From NCBI GenBank assembly GCA_040437565.1, contig JBDOQK010000012.1, forward strand, positions 434,001-498,000: DNA of 64,000 nucleotides. Direction: 5' to 3'. The position numbers and the translations under genes were made by a program. Each line of letters opens with the position of its first letter. The stretch's first letter is position 1. Source of the DNA: Albugo candida (taxonomy: Eukaryota). Under the pieces are notes generated by a model that was not told the DNA's origin, searched no databases, and was given only the letters and a program-made list of their open reading frames with translations. This document shows positions 59,339 to 64,000 of this stretch, in pieces.

Positions 59339-60895
59339 TACTATGCGTCGCTGAATGCGATCACGCAATGAGGGGTCGTCCTCACCCAGGGGTCTTCAGT
59401 AGCTTGCGCGGTCAGGTCAAAGGCAGATCGGATATTCCAACTTAAAATCCGAGAGATTGTGAATATGAATAGCGCTATCACACAAATCTACTGACCCGAA
59501 GACAGACACAGAAACATCGATATAAAGGTGTATATCGGACGGACTTCACGCCTTCCTTGCACCAATAAAGCTTGGAATCTTCCGTAGATCTTGAGAAACC
59601 CCAACGCCAACGACTACGTAGTTTCACTGCTTCCTCTTCTTTTGAGTCAGTGGTTGTGGCTAAGGAATCACAAGCAGTCTCAGATACAGATGTCGATAGA
59701 ATTACGCGCTTTCGTACGTCACACTGTTGTATTTTCCGGAATCTTGAAGAGACTTTACTAACGTATGCTGAATGTCGCTCAGACACAAGCTTGCGCGCAG
59801 CTGTAGCTACCATGTGGGATGCGATTGCTGTCGTAATGCAGCATATGCTTCCGCGGTTTGGACTATTTCTGCTAGAATCACTGATNNNNNNNNNNNNNNN
59901 NNNNNNNNNNNNNNNNNNNNNNNNNNNNNNNNNNNNNNNNNNNNNNNNNNNNNNNNNNNNNNNNNNNNNNNNNNNNNNNNNNNNNGATCGTAATTATTTG
60001 AATGCTTTGACGGATTGTGTTCGGGTACAGCGGTTTCGCTTTTGTTTTGATGAAAACAGCCTCGTGTCTTGGCACTTGTGAAAAGCCTAATTGATTTGAA
60101 AGCATCACAATTCTGTCCTTCGGTATATGGGCTTCTGATTTAGCATCCTGTTCGTCAGCAAAACCAGACGATGGAGTATAAGCTTGCAACAACACACAAT
60201 CTGCATCATCTAAAAAGCTTCCCAATGCGTTTTGAGTAGCCTCCTCCGCATCCAAGTCTGTCTGCTGACCCCATACACATTTGAGCAATGCAGTGATATA
60301 TTCACGTCGTTCATCGGTGAATTCGGGCTCAGGATTCACTGAGGTCATTACTATGCGTCGCTGAATGCGATCACGCAATGAGGGGTCGTCCTCACCCAGG
60401 GGTCTTCAGTAGCTTGCGCGGTCAGGTCAAAGGCAGATCGGATATTCCAACTTAAAATCCGAGAGATTGTGAATATGAATAGCGCTATCACACAAATCTA
60501 CTGACCCGAAGACAGACACAGAAACATCGATATAAAGGTGTATATCGGACGGACTTCACGCCTTCCTTGCACCAATAAAGCTTGGAATCTTCCGTAGATC
60601 TTGAGAAACCCCAACGCCAACGACTACGTAGTTTCACTGCTTCCTCTTCTTTTGAGTCAGTGGTTGTGGCTAAGGAATCACAAGCAGTCTCAGATACAGA
60701 TGTCGATAGAATTACGCGCTTTCGTACGTCACACTGTTGTATTTTCCGGAATCTTGAAGAGACTTTACTAACGTATGCTGAATGTCGCTCAGACACAAGC
60801 TTGCGCGCAGCTGTAGCTACCATGTGGGATGCGATTGCTGTCGTAATGCAGCATATGCTTCCGCGGTTTGGACTATTTCTGCTAGAATCACTGAT
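58976..60895. repeat. Gap-flanking direct duplication 58976-59885 / 59986-60895 (probable artefact; repeats the dynein 5' end)
   Basis: Identical at offset 1010 around the N-run 59886-59985. Confidence 0.85.
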
Positions 60896-60908
60896 AACGT
60901 GCAAGTAG
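60582..60908 (+). CDS. Possible small hypothetical protein divergent from the dynein gene (start and splicing unresolved)
   Basis: 108-codon frame with protein-like composition (RQRLRSFTASSSFES...), but it begins at TTG directly after an in-frame stop and has no recognisable domain. Confidence 0.3.
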   Translation: MESSVDLEKPQRQRLRSFTASSSFESVVVAKESQAVSDTDVDRITRFRTSHCCIFRNLEETLLTYAECRSDTSLRAAVATMWDAIAVVMQHMLPRFGLFLLESLITCK

Positions 60909-63335
60909 TATTGCCTCGGAAGACGAATCTCTTCTCATCGAGCAGATGGCTACTGGGACCGCTGAGTGTAGCAGCCATCTTGATATTCGATCACTGGTCA
61001 GCAATATTGTGGTACGTGTATCAATCACAGGAAGACTTGCAATGATTGTTGATGTGTATTTATAAGAATGCCTTTGTCCACGTTGGTAAGATAAAGCCGC
61101 ACTGTAAGACTGCTATTTGGTGGTACTGTGGCAACGATTGTCGATGTTCATCGTTGCTGACTGTTGCGCGGAAAGAAATGCATCGTATAGCTCACATATG
61201 TTTTTCTTTCCCCGCGACAGCTAGCAAGGATGAACATGGACAATTTTGCTAGTAGTTACAATTGTTCGGAAGGAGGTGATGTTTCGGAATTGATGATAAT
61301 AATCATTGTCCACATAAACTTCGACTGATCACGTAGCCATATGAGCAGGTAGCCCAAGATAACCTCCTGATATCGTATTCCATTTTGTTGTTACAAACGG
61401 AGAGCTCCATGGACCAAAGCCACCTACTCAATTCGATTTCGATATACTGTTGCGATTGATATCGATCTATGTGCATATTGAAAAGCTCTAAAAGTTCTGA
61501 CTTGATCTGCAAGACACGCAAATAAGGATCCCGGCCCATACTAGAGACGTGTGATATAGCAATATACTTGGTCGCATCGGAAAAAGACGAGGCTTAGTAC
61601 ATTATAATCTATACTGAACGCATCATGTACACGCAGGAACCCAAGTTTTGTGTCCTGATGATCTTTACCCAGCATATCGAGCCTGAGCTATTCCTTTGAC
61701 CAGCGCAACATGAATATCTACTTGAAAGCTTTGGATGACAGCATAATTGCAGGTTAACGTAAACGTATTGGTTGACTTTGTCGCACTCAGTTTCCGCCGT
61801 TCAGTTCCCCGTTTATCGCCTTCAGCGCAAGATTTTCCAGTTCCAGAAGGGATGTACACAAATGGCTTGTCCATCAGCAGTGCGTGTAGATAACCGTCCT
61901 GAAATCTTGGCATTTTAAAGAGATTTTGTGATACGGCTCCAATGGTTTCCTGAGAGCTAGCACGACTGAGATCTTGAAGAATCCTGATGCGGATATCGAA
62001 AATAGCCAAGTTATCTCCCATGATTGTCCACATTCAACGATTTAGCAAGCCTTCTGTACTACTTCGTTATGCGCCAGCCTCGTTTAAGTTGAACGTGTCG
62101 CATTTAAGCAGTTTCCAGTGCTGTAATTATGGAGACCATTGACAAAGATGAAAAATCCTTTTGGCATAAATTGAGAGTTCCAAGGATAAATAGAGACAAA
62201 TTCCATAATATCGCTTCTTCCGAATTGAGCCCCATTTAGATCTGCGTGAAAAAACGCTCCGACAACAGCGACCCGAATACTCGGAACCGTTCCTTCCTTA
62301 ATCAGAAATTGTGCCATAATTGGTGCGTCCATATATCCCACAACGACCGGAAGGTTCTCAGTCGTTTCGACGCGAGCTGTTATAGAATAGATTGGCTTTC
62401 GGTTCCTCGATGTGTAATGTGGCGTATCCGTAATGTGGTTTGTAACCACCCATTCAGAGGTATCTGCTCCAAGTAAACTATACTTTATATGAAAGTTGGA
62501 GATTCATGCACAGAGACTACAAAACACCGCAAATTTGTTCGCGTTAAAAGTTTGTCAAAAGACATCACATGGGTATTGTAGACTGATTAGATACTTGCAG
62601 CATATTGATGACGAAAGATATCACGCGCATCGAGTCGAAAATAGGATTATTGTTACCACAATTCCCTTAGCTTGTTCAAATATCTCTAACCAACCTGGTG
62701 ACAGCGGCTATCGCTCGTGTCATATCTCCTTGTCCTGCAAAGTAATAGCATTCGGTATCTTGTCACTTGTTCTACCAAGCGAAGAGGCTATCATAGCCCT
62801 TACACTATTTCTATGGCTGTTCACAGCTAAACGCGTCACAAGGAGTTGACACGCAAAGTGTTGTGCACGCGAATTGCCGCGAGCTGCCATCACAAACAAA
62901 CTGCCGATTCTTTGCGTGGCGAGCCGATTTATCGAGGTGTAGACTGGATATCAACCGGAAAACAATAGAAAACGTATGGCCATTTGACCATGATAAACCA
63001 CCCCTAATTTTCCAAAAGTGTTTGATAGAGAGAATAGTGAGCCTGTAAGATAGTTATTTTACTTAAGACCGAAAAGACTGCGAAAAAAGAGTAGATAGAC
63101 ATGTGCAATACGTTGGGGGAAAAGATGCGTTTTCTTCACAGAAAGACGCATTTAGGTACTCAAATGAGCTCCTGAAGTGCCTAAATGAGCCCATCGTATG
63201 TGCATCTCAGTTAGATGTATCAAATGTTGAAAAAAATGGACAAAGTAGAATGACATTGTTTTTTTTTTGGACGAAAACGTCGTTTATGCTATTATATATA
63301 GCTTTATATCTCGGAACAAGGCTAAACAGGACCAA

Positions 63336-63998
63336 TCAATCGCTGGTGTGAGAGATTGCGATTCTCGAAACGATATTGGCTGGTATCAATGCTGCATGTT
63401 TGGATAGATTTTGATGGATCAGTTTCCACTGCTCCACAAGTTCGCTCGTCGGAGTAAAAGGATCAATGTCTGCTTGCCTTGATGGAATGATCTCGAGAAA
63501 AACAGCAGCTGTATCAGCGATTTTCTGGCCGTACATCGATGCCAAAAATCCCCAGATGAGGTCCATACCAGCGGAAATTCCAGAGCTCGACCAAATGTGT
63601 CCATCTTGTACCCAGCGCGCTTGAATTTTCCAGTCAACATTGGGGAAATCATTGGTCACATACTCGAACAGAAATTTGTTGGTTGTTGCTGCTTTACCAT
63701 CCAGTATTCCCGTAGCGGCAACGATTCGTGCGCCAGAGCAGATACTCAAAATGTGCTCTGACTTCTGTAACGATTCTTTGATAAATTGGAAATAGTCAAC
63801 CTCCGCCAGCACATTTTCGATGTACATAGGAGCTGCACCAGGAATCAGTACGACATTCAGCTGCAGATCGCGATCAATAACATCTTGCATACTGGTATTA
63901 GCATAATAAGGAATACTGCCCTTTTCATCGGAATATAAAGGACCAACAGCCTTGGCGATCGTGTAAATCTCTATGGGAGCATTCCAGACAGAACGAAG
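63336..63998 (-). CDS. DJ-1/PfpI (ThiJ) family protein, isonitrile-hydratase-like; 5'-truncated by the window edge
   Basis: Frame open to the window end; VVLIPG, ILSICSGA (nucleophile-elbow Cys), GILDGKAATTNK, ARWVQDGHIWSSSGISAGMD. Confidence 0.9.
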   Translation of the reverse strand, partial: LRSVWNAPIEIYTIAKAVGPLYSDEKGSIPYYANTSMQDVIDRDLQLNVVLIPGAAPMYIENVLAEVDYFQFIKESLQKSEHILSICSGARIVAATGILDGKAATTNKFLFEYVTNDFPNVDWKIQARWVQDGHIWSSSGISAGMDLIWGFLASMYGQKIADTAAVFLEIIPSRQADIDPFTPTSELVEQWKLIHQNLSKHAALIPANIVSRIAISHTSD

Positions 63999-64000
63999 GA

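Noticed and set aside
1-64000. rRNA, tRNA, CRISPR arrays, prokaryotic defence or prophage systems, canonical RxLR/CRN/CCG effectors
   Set aside because: None recognised by eye; the sequence is intron-containing eukaryotic DNA with no repeat-spacer arrays. Small ncRNAs cannot be excluded without covariance-model searches.

Overview
Gene-dense eukaryotic DNA with short (~45-70 nt) GT-AG introns and very short intergenic spaces. Gene content and style suggest a flagellated oomycete, possibly Albugo-like (inference only). About 22 protein-coding loci are visible: BET3/TRAPPC3, NAT9, a TBC Rab-GAP, a PI4K-beta with an N-terminal membrane domain, an MFS transporter, a TMCO4/DUF726 protein, a SUMO protease, a double atypical-homeodomain protein, CIA1, a Myb/SANT protein, a GDP-sugar transporter, an EF-hand protein, a kinesin-9-PH fusion, YOP1/REEP, a FYVE-PI3-kinase, an intronless dynein-2 heavy chain, a DJ-1/PfpI protein and several hypotheticals. 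There is one Mutator-like element with TIRs, a TSD and a spliced, DDE-less ORF. All eleven 100-N gaps are flanked by direct duplications of 37-2959 bp. These look like unmerged contig overlaps, so the apparent tandem copies (e.g. the second PI4K) are probably assembly artefacts. The best leads are two unannotated small secreted paralogues sharing a C-terminal motif, the TM-PI4K, FYVE-PI3K and kinesin-PH fusions, the double homeodomain lacking Asn51, and the MULE derivative. Family calls rest on motifs recognised by eye; no database searches were run.
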